A DNA stretch of 64,000 bases, taken from NCBI GenBank assembly GCA_002269645.1, contig NIVC01000645.1, positions 124,001 through 188,000 of the forward strand, read 5' to 3'. Position 1 is the stretch's first letter. Each line of letters begins with the position of its first letter. A program made the position numbers and the translations under genes. The DNA is from Macrostomum lignano (Eukaryota). The notes below the pieces were generated by a model. The model did not search any database and was not told the origin of the DNA. It saw nothing but the letters and a program-made list of their open reading frames with translations. Below are positions 50,655 to 62,404 of this stretch, in pieces.

Positions 50655-51340
50655 GGGAGGGGCAAGGGAGGGTAGAGTAGGGAGAGGAGAGGTAGAGTAG
50701 GGAGAGGAGAGGGTAGAGTAGGGAGAGGAGAGGGTAGAGTAGGGAGAGGAGAGGGTAGAGTAGGGAGAGGAGAGGGTAGAGTATGGAGAGTAGAGGGTAG
50801 AGTAGGGAGAGGAGAGGGTAGAGTAGGGAGAGGAGAGGGTAGAGTATGGAGAGTAGAGGGTAGAGAGTGATGAGAGGATAGGGTAGAGCGATGAAAGGTG
50901 AGGGTAGAGTAGGGAGAGGAGAGTGTAGAGTGGGGAGAAGAGAGGGTAGAGTGAGGAGAGGAGAGTGTAGACTGGGGAGAAGAGAGGGTAGAGTGAGGAG
51001 GGGAGAGTGTGATGGGGAGAGGAGATTGTAGACTGGGGAGAAGAGAGGGTAGAGTGAGGAGAGGAGAGTGTAGACTGGGGAGAAGAGAGGGTAGAGTGAG
51101 GAGAGGAGAGTGTAGACTGGGGAGAAGAGAGGGTAGAGTGAGGAGAGGAGAGTGTAGACTGGGGAGAAGAGAGGGTAGAGTGAGGAGAGGAGAGTGTAGA
51201 CTGGGGAGAAGAGAGGGTAGAGTGAGGAGGGGAGAGTGTGATGGGGAGAGGAGATTGTAGACTGGGGAGAAGAGAGGGTAGAGTGAGGAGGGGAGAGTGT
51301 GATGGGGAGAGGAGATTGTAGACTGGGGAGAAGAGAGGGT
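50655..51340. repeat. Purine-rich 21-bp then 33-bp minisatellites (GAGAGGGTAGAGT core)
   Basis: Direct inspection. Confidence 0.92.
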
Positions 51341-51774
51341 ATTTCGGTCAAAAGGGTGTGTGAAAAGACTACACAATCCGGATGCAGTTTAGACATTGCA
51401 ATATTCAGGGTCATAGCGCTGGGGGGCTGCGCAGGATGGAATCTGTAAAAAAAACCTTTCCCCTTCTAACTTTCTTCAACGCGGCAGCGGGTGGAGAGGA
51501 AAGAGAAGCCCGGGGAGTGCTGGAGGGAGTTTTCGCAGGGAAGTGACTTCGTCTGCAGTGCAAGACGACCTGCCGGGGAAGCAAACACACTGGCAGAGCC
51601 GCCTGTTCAGTGCTGTTCAGAATTCTCTGGCGCAGCAAGGCGAACTTCTCTCGCTTTTCTTCGGTTTTCATGTCAAAACAAATTTTCGAGACCCGGGAAA
51701 GTGAACAACTGTGGCGGGAGGAAGGACTGACTGGTTGAAAGCTGGGACCAAGGGGCAAAGGGGCAACGGACCCC

Positions 51775-52225
51775 TCTGGTGCTGGCGCCTCTGGTGCTGG
51801 CGCCTCTGGTGCTGGCGCCTCTGGTGCTGGCGCCTCTGGTGCTGGCGCCTCTGGTGCTGGCGCCTCTGGTGCTGGCGCCTCTGGTGCTGGCGCCTCTGGT
51901 GCTGGCGCCTCTGGTGCTGGCGCCTCTGGTGCTGGCGCCTCTGGTGCTGGCGCCTCTGGTGCTGGCGCCTCTGGTGCTGGCGCCTCTGGTGCTGGCGCCT
52001 CTGGTGCTGGCGCCTCTGGTGCTGGCGCCTCTGGTGCTGGCGCCTCTGGTGCTGGCGCCTCTGGTGCTGGCGCCTCTGGTGCTGGCGCCTCTGGTGCTGG
52101 CGCCTCTGGTGCTGGCGCCTCTGGTGCTGGCGCCTCTGGTGCTGGCGCCTCTGGTGCTGGCGCCTCTGGTGCTGGCGCCTCTGGTGCTGGCGCCTCTGGT
52201 GCTGGCGCCTCTGGTGCTGGCGCCG
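51775..52225. repeat. Perfect 15-bp array (CTGGTGCTGGCGCCT)n, ~30 units
   Basis: Direct inspection. Confidence 0.98.
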
Positions 52226-52314
52226 CCCCTGTCTACCCACCCTATCTATTCTCCCCTTATCTACCCTCCCCTCTCTACCCTCCCCTATCTACCCTGCCTT
52301 ATCCATACTCTCTA

Positions 52315-52585
52315 AATGCCATGGCGCCAACTCCAAATGCCAAGGCGCCAACTCCAAATGCCAAGGCGCCAACTCCAAATGCAATGGCGCCAAATCCAAA
52401 TGACCTGGCGCCAACTCCCAAATGACATGGCGCCAACTCCCAAATGACATGGCGCCAACTCCCAAATGACATGGCGCCAACTCCCAAATGACATGGCGCC
52501 AACTCCCAAATGACATGGCGCCAACTCCCAAATGACATGGCGCCAACTCCCAAATGACATGGCGCCAACTCCAAATGCAATGGCA
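52315..52585. repeat. 21/22-bp array (ATGGCGCCAACTCCCAAATGAC)n
   Basis: Direct inspection. Confidence 0.93.
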
Positions 52586-54029
52586 TCAATTGTCAGTAAC
52601 AGTTTTGCTTAAATTTAGTTTAATGAGGAATTTGCTGTTCAAAATGGTACTAATGGAAGCTAGCTCGTAATTCTATCATAGAATTTGAATAGTATTATTA
52701 TTTTTAATTTCCCGAATGAAAATGTCGCAATAATCAAATTTTTTGTTCCTAATCTTATCCCAAATCAAAAGAAAAATAGAAAATATCATGGCGGAATTGC
52801 TACGATCGTATCGGGGACGAGTGACGCAATCTTAGGGAATGCTTTTTGCGCCCCACTACTAGACCAAGGCTTGGCTTTGCTTTGCTTCTGCTTCCAGGCC
52901 CCGAAGCCCCTTGACGCGCTTCAAAGGCGCATGAGATGGCCGACTTTCTCCGCTCCCCTATGCATATTCGATTTCATAATGAACTTCGGCCCCCGTATTA
53001 ATTATAGAAATGGCGGAGATTAGCGGCTCCCGGTAATTAGCATCGATTGGACGATGGTTGGGCCGGCCGGATGAATGAACTGCCTGCAGGCTGTGTGGGG
53101 CTCCCCGCTGTGCTAATTCCACCAGATGCCAACCCACCCACTCTGTCTGTCACGTTCTCACTTGGGCCTCGCTGATTGGCTCTCAGCCCACTGGCCAATA
53201 AGAGCCGTTGAAGGTCTGGTGCGGTTTTTCTATAGGGGGGCTATGGCCTGCTATGAGGCCAGACAATTTTCAGCTCTCAAACGCAATTCCTGTTCTCGCA
53301 TTTCTGTCCCGACCAAATGATAAATCCTATGCGCTCCACTCGGCGCGCATGCGGCTTATGGGGATGGGGATTTCCAACTGAATTCTCCCCGATCGCATGC
53401 TGAGCACAGGGCCCATATAGAGCCTTCCTTTCCCCTTCCGTCATTATGCAGTCTGGGAAAAGTGGCAGCAGTGTGACAGCAGCAGGGAGGAGTTGAAGGG
53501 AGCGCGGGGAGAGGGAGAGAGGCAAGAGGAAGAGGGGAAATAATTGATGAAGCTGGAGGCCGTCCCAGACTCCCAGCCGTTGTCCAAAGGCAAAGCGGGA
53601 GGTCCCATATCGAAGACGCTTCAAGTCCAAGTGACTTTTCAAGCAGCTCCCCCTAGAGGAGGCAGAGAGTGGCGCCTGGCAATTTGAGCTGCCCAGATTT
53701 TGCGGGGGACGCCAGGAGGTGGAAGGGATTGGAGAAGGGATTCTTTCGCTCGCGGCCAGTTTCTTTCTCCTTCCGGCTTTGCCCGGCCTAGCCTCATCAT
53801 CTCTGCTTCGGCTGAAAGCTGTAAACTAGATTAGCGACTTCCACTTGACAATTCACATTTAACTGGACATTAGTGACCCCCTGTGACCCCTTCTGACCGC
53901 CCCTCCTAGTGCGATGCGCCAACCTCTCTTGCAAATCCTAATCCCCTCGAAGCTCCCATGATTCAAATATCCATAGCCCTGACTTCCTTTATCTACCTCA
54001 CTGATCTGCATGCACATACAACTACCTTG

Positions 54030-54620
54030 CCCAATCTACTCTGCCAATCTACCCTGCCCAATCTACCCTGCCCAATCTACCCTGCCCAATGACCCTGCCC
54101 AATCTACCCTGCCCAATCTACCCTGCCCAATCTACCCTGCCCAATCTACCCTGCCCAATCTACCCTGCCCAATCTACCCTGCCCAATCTACCCTGCCCAA
54201 TCTACCCTGCCCAATCTACCCTGCCCAATCTACCCTGCCCAATCTACCCTGCCCAATCTACCCTGCCCAATCTACCCTGCCCAATCTACCCTGCCCAATC
54301 TACCCTGCCCAATGACCCTGCCCAATCTACCCTGCCCAATCTACCCTGCCCAATCTACCCTGCCCAATCTACCCTGCCCAATCTACCCTGCCCAATCTAC
54401 CCTGCCCAATCTACCCTGCCCAATCTACCCTGCCCAATCTACCCTGCCCAATCTACCCTGCCCAATCTACCCTGCCCAATCTACCCTGCCCAATCTACCC
54501 TGCCCAATCTACCCTGCCCAATCTACCCTGCCCAATCTACCCTGCCCAATCTACCCTGCCCAATCTACCCTGTCCAATCTACCTGCCCAATCTACCCTGC
54601 CCAATCTACTCTCCCCAAGC
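54030..54620. repeat. 14-bp array (CTACCCTGCCCAAT)n, ~41 units
   Basis: Direct inspection. Confidence 0.97.
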
Positions 54621-55754
54621 TACCCTGCCATATCTACTCTCCCCTATCTGCCCTTGTCCTATCTCTACCCTCCCCGATCTACCTTTGTCCTATCTACCCT
54701 CCCTTCCCCTACCAAACCCTACCCTCCACCTACCTAACTTACCCTTATTTACCCTCCCGTGCCGTATCGACCCAGCCCCATCTACCCACACTAACTCTCC
54801 CTTATTTACCATGCCATAACAGTGCATCTCAACAAGCCATCAGCGAGTTGTCAGGAAGTTTGTTGTTGCCCCAGTCGCTTCAAGCAATCCATCAAATTGA
54901 ATTCATTCTAAAAACAAAGACTGGATACACCAACTTTATTGAGACAAATTTCAAGTTACCCATGAAAAACAAACTCAAGACGCTTGGAACACCGGATATA
55001 AAAATAAATTATGCTAATTAACCTATAAGAAAGTTATTAGTTGCTAGCAGATGCTGAATGTGTTGTGCAGTGCCAAAAGATAAACATAAGCATTGAACTT
55101 CACTCAAGCCATTGCTTGCTTGGCTGACTGACTGACTGACTGATGTGTGGTGTGGAATATGAGATAATATTCCTTACAGTTGACACAGTGATTACGTAAT
55201 CTTCATCCACTAACTTCCTCCCCCTTTTTTAGCTTTGTGATACAAACAGCCTGACGGATTTCTTTCGAATTTGGCTATGCAGACCCCACTCCCAACCTTC
55301 GGGATCGGGGATAAAATCTGTTTCTCGGACAGAAACCTCTCATCATGCTGTTGTGTTCACTCCCCTCAAATTGGGGATCCAAAAAGCCATTTAGGGAAGA
55401 ATTTCTTGGGAAAGAATTTCTACCTGTAAGAATGCCAACCCAAGCCATCTGTAACATGAAGGAAATGTTTCTTACTTACTACTGGCAGCTGAAGCATCAA
55501 GTAGGCTGCAGAGACGAGTAAGGACACGAATTTTTGTTAATGCGCAAGAACTGCGCATATGTTTATGACTTTTTGAACAAAGAGCGAACCAAGCAGGCGG
55601 ATAAAACGGAAGCAGAAAAAATAAACTGCAGAAGCAAGGATAGAAGCAGTAAGCTGGTGCCAGACTAACTGAAAGCATAGAGCTGAAAACAGAAAGGAAC
55701 GCAAAGATTAAATCAAATAAAAAGTAGACAGAGAGCAAAAATATGGAAGCATGC

Positions 55755-56442
55755 AGAAACAGACAGATAGAAGCAGACAGACAGAAGCAGACAGACAGAA
55801 GCAGACAGACAGAAGCAGACAGATATAAGCAGACAGACAGACAGAAGCACGCAGACAGAAGCAGGCAGACAGAAGCAGACAGACAGAAGCAGACATATAT
55901 AAGCAGACAGATATAAGCAGACAGATATAAGCAGACAGATAGAAGCATACAGATAGAAGCAGACAGATAGAAGCAGACAGATAGAAGCAGACAGATAGAA
56001 GCAGACAGACAGAAGCAGACAGACAGAAGCAGACAGATAGAAGCAGACAGATAGAAGCAGACAGATAGAAGCAGACAGATAGAAGCAGACAGATAGAAGC
56101 AGACAGATAGAAGCAGACAGATAGAAGCAGACAGATAGAAGCAGACAGACAGAAGCAGACAGATAGAAGCAGACAGATAGAAGCAGACAGACAGAAGCAG
56201 GCAGACAGAAGCAGACAGACAGAAGCAGACATATATAAGCAGACAGATATAAGCAGACAGATATAAGCAGACAGATAGAAGCATACAGATAGAAGCAGAC
56301 AGATAGAAGCAGACAGATAGAAGCAGACAGATAGAAGCAGACAGACAGAAGCAGACAGACAGAAGCAGACAGACAGAAGCAGACAAACAGAAGCAGACAG
56401 ACAGAAGCAGACAGACAGAAGCAGACAGATAGAAGCAGACAG
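55755..56442. repeat. 14-bp array (AGAAGCAGACAGA(T/C))n
   Basis: Direct inspection. Confidence 0.95.
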
Positions 56443-57584
56443 GCTGAATCAGAATAGAGACAGAACATATAGTTGGATCTATCAATTAGCAAGTTCATCA
56501 ACAGATCATTCTTATTATTATTTTCAAACTTCAGCGCAGCTCGCACACAGTCAAGGGCCAGGAATGATTCAAAACACGATATGGAAGAAGAGCAACCCTC
56601 CACCAAGCCTTTCAGTTGCTGCAGTTTCTAAATGGAGATGGAGATGGAGATGACGTGGCTGGTGAATAAGGGATATTTCTGTCTCAAGCTGGGCCCCCAG
56701 CTGGCTCCACTCGTCTCTGGGGGCTTTAAACTTGCATTCCCCACACAGTTTCTCCCCCTCTCCAAGCATCCTATCGTCCCGCTTGCTTGCCTGCAATTCC
56801 AAAAATTCTCCTTCAAAACATTTTCGTAAATGCGGAATGCAAAACCCATTCCTTGTGTTATATATAGCTAATAACGAACGGCGCATTTTAGACAAAACTT
56901 TGTCAGACCTCACAAAAAGCAGTCACCTGTGGAGGGCATCTTTTATGTCTGACTGGAATTTAGCAGTTCAGTTCTTGTGCGAAAGCAGCAATATTGAGAC
57001 TGAAGATACACGAGGAGATGGAAGAACTGCAGAGAGTTGAGGCTGCGATTGGATTCAGTGAGACTGGAGACAAAGATTAGAGAGGGAGGAGGGTGAGATT
57101 AGAGAGGGAAATAGGGGTGAGGTTACAGAGGGAGAGAATTTTGAGATTGGAGAGGAAAAGAGGATGAGCTTGAAAGGGGAGAGGGGATGAGATTGGAGAG
57201 GGAGAGAGGGTGAGATTGGAGAGGGATAGATAGGTGAGATAAAAAAGGGAGAGATTAGAGAAAGCAGGCAGTGAGACAGTTTTCAAAACATGGTGCAGTC
57301 AGTAGGATGGGGCTACAGTGGATTAGTACGAGTACAGTAAAACTGAAAATTGCAATGCTCGCCACTTCAGCCAAGCATTCAAGATTCAACCACAAATGGA
57401 GCATTTCTGTGAGTTCTACCATTGAATGTGTTGCACAAAGCAGCAAGCCAGAATAGAATGAAAGAGAATTAATTAGTAAAAAAGAAGACAGCTGCTTGAC
57501 GTACGCTGCGACTGACGCACCAAGCACAAAGAATGCATTCAGTAATTGTGTAAATGTGCAGCTGCATATCGTTACTTTTGCTCT

Positions 57585-58056
57585 TTGGTGCTGGCGCCCC
57601 TTGGTGCTGGCGCCCCTTGGTGCTGGCGCCCCTTGGTGCTGGCGCCCCTTGGTGCTGGCGCCCCTTGGTGCTGGCGCCCCTTGGTGCTGGCGCCCCTTGG
57701 TGCTGGCGCCCCTTGGTGCTGGCGCCCCTTGGTGCTGGCGCCCCTTGGTGCTGGCGCCCCTTGGTGCTGGCGCCCCTTGGTGCTGGCGCCCCTTGGTGCT
57801 GGCGCCCCTTGGTGCTGGCGCCCCTTGGTGCTGGCGCCCCTTGGTGCTGGCGCCCCTTGGTGCTGGCGCCCCTTGGTGCTGGCGCCCCTTGGTGCTGGCG
57901 CCCCTTGGTGCTGGCGCCCCTTGGTGCTGGCGCCCCTTGGTGCTGGCGCCCCTTGGTGCTGGCGCCCCTTGGTGCTGGCGCCCCTTGGTGCTGGCGCCCC
58001 TTGGTGCTGGCGCCCCTTGGTGCTGGCGCCCCTTGGTGCTGGCGCCCCTTGGTGCC
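57585..58056 (+). repeat. 16-bp array (TTGGTGCTGGCGCCCC)n, ~29 units; left arm of an inverted pair
   Basis: Direct inspection. Confidence 0.97.
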
Positions 58057-58546
58057 ATATTGAAATTGATATAACAATTTCAATTGACACGTTGGCTAGC
58101 TAGTAATTAGTTGTGAATACGTGTGAAACAAAAATCCAACCATTTTATTTGTTAATCCGCTTTCCTTTTCATTTTTGTATTCTGAACATCCGGAATCCAA
58201 ACCCACTCCGTCTGCAGCAGTCTCTTGCAATTTTAAGGGATTTAAGATTTCGTAAATAATTATAATTCAGAATTCAAAGCAGAAAATTCTAATAAATTAT
58301 GCAGTCAACCATCTATTGCTTATTATTCTTTATCTGCCGCGTTTGTCTGCCTAAATTATTTGCTGGAGAACGGATTAGAGAGCATGAGAAAGCAGACTGA
58401 CATGATGATTCAGTGATCGATGGGAATTCCTCTTCCAGCTGCCCTTCCAGATCCTTGAACCGCAATCAGTGGAATTGTGAAGAGAAGTTATTTTATTTGA
58501 AGCCGTCCGTAGCGCAGCCAGGATTTCAAAATTGGGAGGAGGCGCA

Positions 58547-59142
58547 AGCACCAAGGGGCGCCAGCACCAAGGGGCGCCAGCACCAAGGGGCGCCAGCACC
58601 AAGAGGCGCCAGCACCAAGGGGCGCCAGCACCAAGGGGCGCCAGCACCAAGGGGCGCCAGCACCAAGGGGCGCCAGCACCAAGGGGCGCCAGCACCAAGG
58701 GGCGCCAGCACCAAGGGGCGCCAGCACCAAGGGGCGCCAGCACCAAGGGGCGCCAGCACCAAGGGGCGCCAGCACCAAGGGGCGCCAGCACCAAGGGGCG
58801 CCAGCACCAAGGGGCGCCAGCACCAAGGGGCGCCAGCACCAAGGGGCGCCAGCACCAAGGGGCGCCAGCACCAAGGGGCGCCAGCACCAAGGGGCGCCAG
58901 CACCAAGGGGCGCCAGCACCAAGGGGCGCCAGCACCAAGGGGCGCCAGCACCAAGGGGCGCCAGCACCAAGGGGCGCCAGCACCAAGGGGCGCCAGCACC
59001 AAGGGGCGCCAGCACCAAGGGGCGCCAGCACCAAGGGGCGCCAGCACCAAGGGGCGCCAGCACCAAGGGGCGCCAGCACCAAGGGGCGCCAGCACCAAGG
59101 GGCGCCAGCACCAAGGGGCGCCAGCACCAAGGGGCGCCAGCA
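58547..59142 (-). repeat. 16-bp array (GCACCAAGGGGCGCCA)n, ~37 units; exact reverse complement of 57585-58056
   Basis: Direct inspection; one variant unit near 58601. Confidence 0.97.
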
Positions 59143-60124
59143 AGGAATTCTAAGAAATTCACCAAAAGATACAATGAGCAAGCAATGCAAAAGATTGTAA
59201 TTAAAATTGTATTTTAATTTCAAATTAAAATCTACTGCATTTCGAAGAGCGACTCCTCAATAAAACAAATTAGCATTGATTGATGGAGTTTACATTACGA
59301 GAGACTGGAGCTGGGAATCGCTATTGTTGAGTCTGAGAGGCTGTATAATGACGGAGCATGGAGTGAGAAAGAGAGTGGAGTAGCTCGTATTTTAAAGCGG
59401 CAGATTTAATTGCGGTAACCGAAAGTTAGTATATTAGCTCGTAGTATTGCATTAGCCCAAGTATTTAAGCCCCCTGGGGGCATGGCTGGGGGAGCTCTCT
59501 CCAGGATTTAGTGACAGTTAGTGAGTCACAGCGCACACGTTTGTAATAATAATACTAGCTTTATATGTGCTTCTTTCTTTCTGTTGTGTATTAAGGGATT
59601 CAGCTTTTATCTGTCTGTCTGTCTGGCTGGCTGGGCCCCTACTTCCTCTCCTCTCTCCTCTCTCCTCTCCTCTTCCCCCAGAAAAACCGCTAAAGCCTTC
59701 GCTCCCCCACCCCCACCCTATTTGCCGCAACTAGAGCTGAGATAGTGGGGGAAGAGAAAAACGCTTCGTTCGGGGATTCGACTGCTTTGCTGGCTGCTGC
59801 TGGGGTGCCCAAAAGATGGAGAGGATGGGGATGGGGAGTTAAGGTCGAAAAAAGAAGAGAAGGCCAAGACTGAGTGTATGAGTAGCGAGTAGCGACTAGA
59901 GAGAAAGAGAACAAGTGAAATGAGATGAGCTATACAGAGCAGCAGACCCCAACAGAGTCATCAGGGATCTAATATTCAGAGTAAAATGATTCTGATTCCC
60001 AATCCCAACCGAACCAATACAGGCCCATTTACATCGATAGCCTAAAATAGCCTAACGTCTTATCATAATGCTTACGCATTATATTACGTCTTTCGACTGT
60101 TTTAGCTGTGCAAATAATAAAATT

Positions 60125-60965
60125 ATTTTGGCGCTTATCTTATCTATGGCGCTGCACAGTCTCTAATTTTGGTGCTTATCTTATCTATGGCGCTGCACAG
60201 TCACTGATTTTGGCGCTTATCTTATCTATGGCGCTGTACAGTCTCTAATTTTGGTGCATATATTATCTATGGCGCTGCACAGTCTCTAATTTTGGTGCTT
60301 ATATTATCTATGGCGCTGCACAGTCTCTAATTTTGGTGCTTATATTATCTATGGCGCTTATATTATCTATGGCGCTGCACAGTCACTGATTTTGGCGCTT
60401 ATCTTATCTATGGCGCTGTACAGTCTCTAATTTTGGTGCTTATATTATCTATGGCGCTTATATTATCTATGGCGCTGCACAGTCACTGATTTTGGCGCTT
60501 ATCTTATCTATGGCGCTGTACAGTCTCTAATTTTGGTGCTTATATTATCTATGGCGCTGCACAGTCACTGATTTTGGCGCTTATATTATCTATGGCGCTG
60601 TACAGTCTCTAATTTTGGTGCTTATATTATCTATGGCGCTGCACAGTCTCTAATTTTGGTGCTTATCTTATCTATGGCGCTGTACAGTCTCTAATTTTGG
60701 TGCTTATATTATCTATGGCGCTGCACAGTCTCTAATTTTGGTGCTTATCTTATCTATGGCGCTGCACAGTCTCTAATTTTGGTGCTTATCTTATCTATGG
60801 CGCTGCACAGTCTCTAATTTTGGTGCTTATATTATCTATGGCGCTTCACAGTCTCTAATTTTGGTGCTTATATTATCTATGGCGCTGTACAGTCTCTAAT
60901 TTTGGCGCCTATCTTATCTATGGCGCTGTACAGTCTCTAATTTTGGCGCCTGTCTTATCTATGTC
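60125..60965. repeat. 41-bp minisatellite (TTTTGG(C/T)GCTTAT(C/A)TTATCTATGGCGCTG(C/T)ACAGTCTCTAA)n, ~20 units
   Basis: Direct inspection. Confidence 0.95.
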
Positions 60966-62279
60966 GCCTATTCTGCTAATTTTCCTAGATGCATACATCC
61001 CAACTTTTGAAAAGTTCCTACAGCTTGAATCACACTCCAAACTGCCCAACAGGCATTTTTGGTGCTAATCTTTGGTGCCAAAACTATTTTCGTTTGGTCG
61101 CAAAGGCACTTGGGCTTATCTTTTTTTCATAAGCTAAGGCTAAAGCCAAACATGTAGATAACTATACTATAATGTAATGAAATTGAACTGGTTGAAATGA
61201 AGTTGAACTCATGTACTAATTATATCTGTACAGTTAAATATTTTATTTAAGTTGACTTCAGCGTCATGAATTCAGAATTTAAATAGCTAATAACAAATAT
61301 AGCTATAACACCACCTCGGCTCAGTAAGTCGTATCGTATCTTTTATCTTTTTATATGATGCATATAACAGTTGTGAGCTTAATATTGTCAATGTCATTAG
61401 TTGCATGGGAATTAGGACGCTTTTTGACAAGCAAACTCGGGCTCTTATCAACTATCTCCCCCCCTTGCCCGAATCTCTATTACCTACCCACGCAGATCCC
61501 TTTAGGGGGGGGGGTGATTTTCCCAAGTCCCCACCCCCATGCCCCCCCTCCCAGGCAGATGCTTATCGGGAGCTCCAGTCAAGCAAGCGCCCATCGCTCT
61601 TCTTTTTCCTGTAAAACTATAAAATTTCCGTGTCACTTGCCAGCTTGGGTTCGGGACTCCGAGCCCCCGCAGTCCCACCCAGCCCGCTCAATTTTGCCCC
61701 CCCCGTCCCTTGTGTTTGTTCAGTTTATTCATCCTCTTTTTTCCTCACTTCATTTCAGTTCTTACTCTTAGATTTATCAATAAGACTTGAAGTTTGTCCT
61801 CTCTTGCCGATGTGCCAAGTGGCCCCGTCTGGCCTCCGCCGAGTTTTTTATTTCATTCCCCGACTTGTCATTAAAAATCTTTAAAGCTATCTGTCTATGT
61901 CTAGGAACGGAGGCTGCTGTTTGGATAATAAAAAATTGGTTCTGGCCTCTGGCTGTACTGTATGCTCTATGCAACTGGCTTCATAGATTGACATTATTGA
62001 GATTGGCACGGAATTTCTCTTATGAATTAACTGAAAACCACCTGACTGACCCAATTACTGTTTTGTTTGTTTATAGCTTCATTTAATTTGCAGTAATTAA
62101 AGTATTTGAGCATTTTAGCTAGCTAACATTTAATTAGAAAAGATTAGGTCAGTAATTTTCTTCCGACGAAATTGCATTCATTTGTAGCATGTAAAAAGCA
62201 ATGGGCCAATAACTTGTGAATTGTGATGCCTCCAATAGCCAAATTTTTGGCACTTGCGCAATCGCATTGGTACTGTGTG

Positions 62280-62404
62280 TAGGGATGCCGAAATCCCGGA
62301 GTTTCGTGATCCCGGGATCTCGCAATTAATCCCGAAATTTTCTAACATCGCGGAAAAATCCCGGAGGTTAATCCCGGGATACCCCCGAAAAAGTCCCGGG
62401 ATCC
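62280..62404 (+). mobile_element. Left end of an Ac/hAT-like MITE (TAGGGATG terminus with ATCCCGG(G)A subterminal repeats); right end not found
   Basis: TAGGGATG matches the Ac/Ds-type TIR start, followed by ~7 TCCCG motifs. No CATCCCTA seen downstream in the window. Confidence 0.5.

Noticed and set aside
56970-57080. Coiled-coil-like reading CAKAAILRLKIHEEMEELQRVEAAIGFSETGDKD*
   Set aside because: Short, no ATG or linked upstream exon, and no homology recognised.
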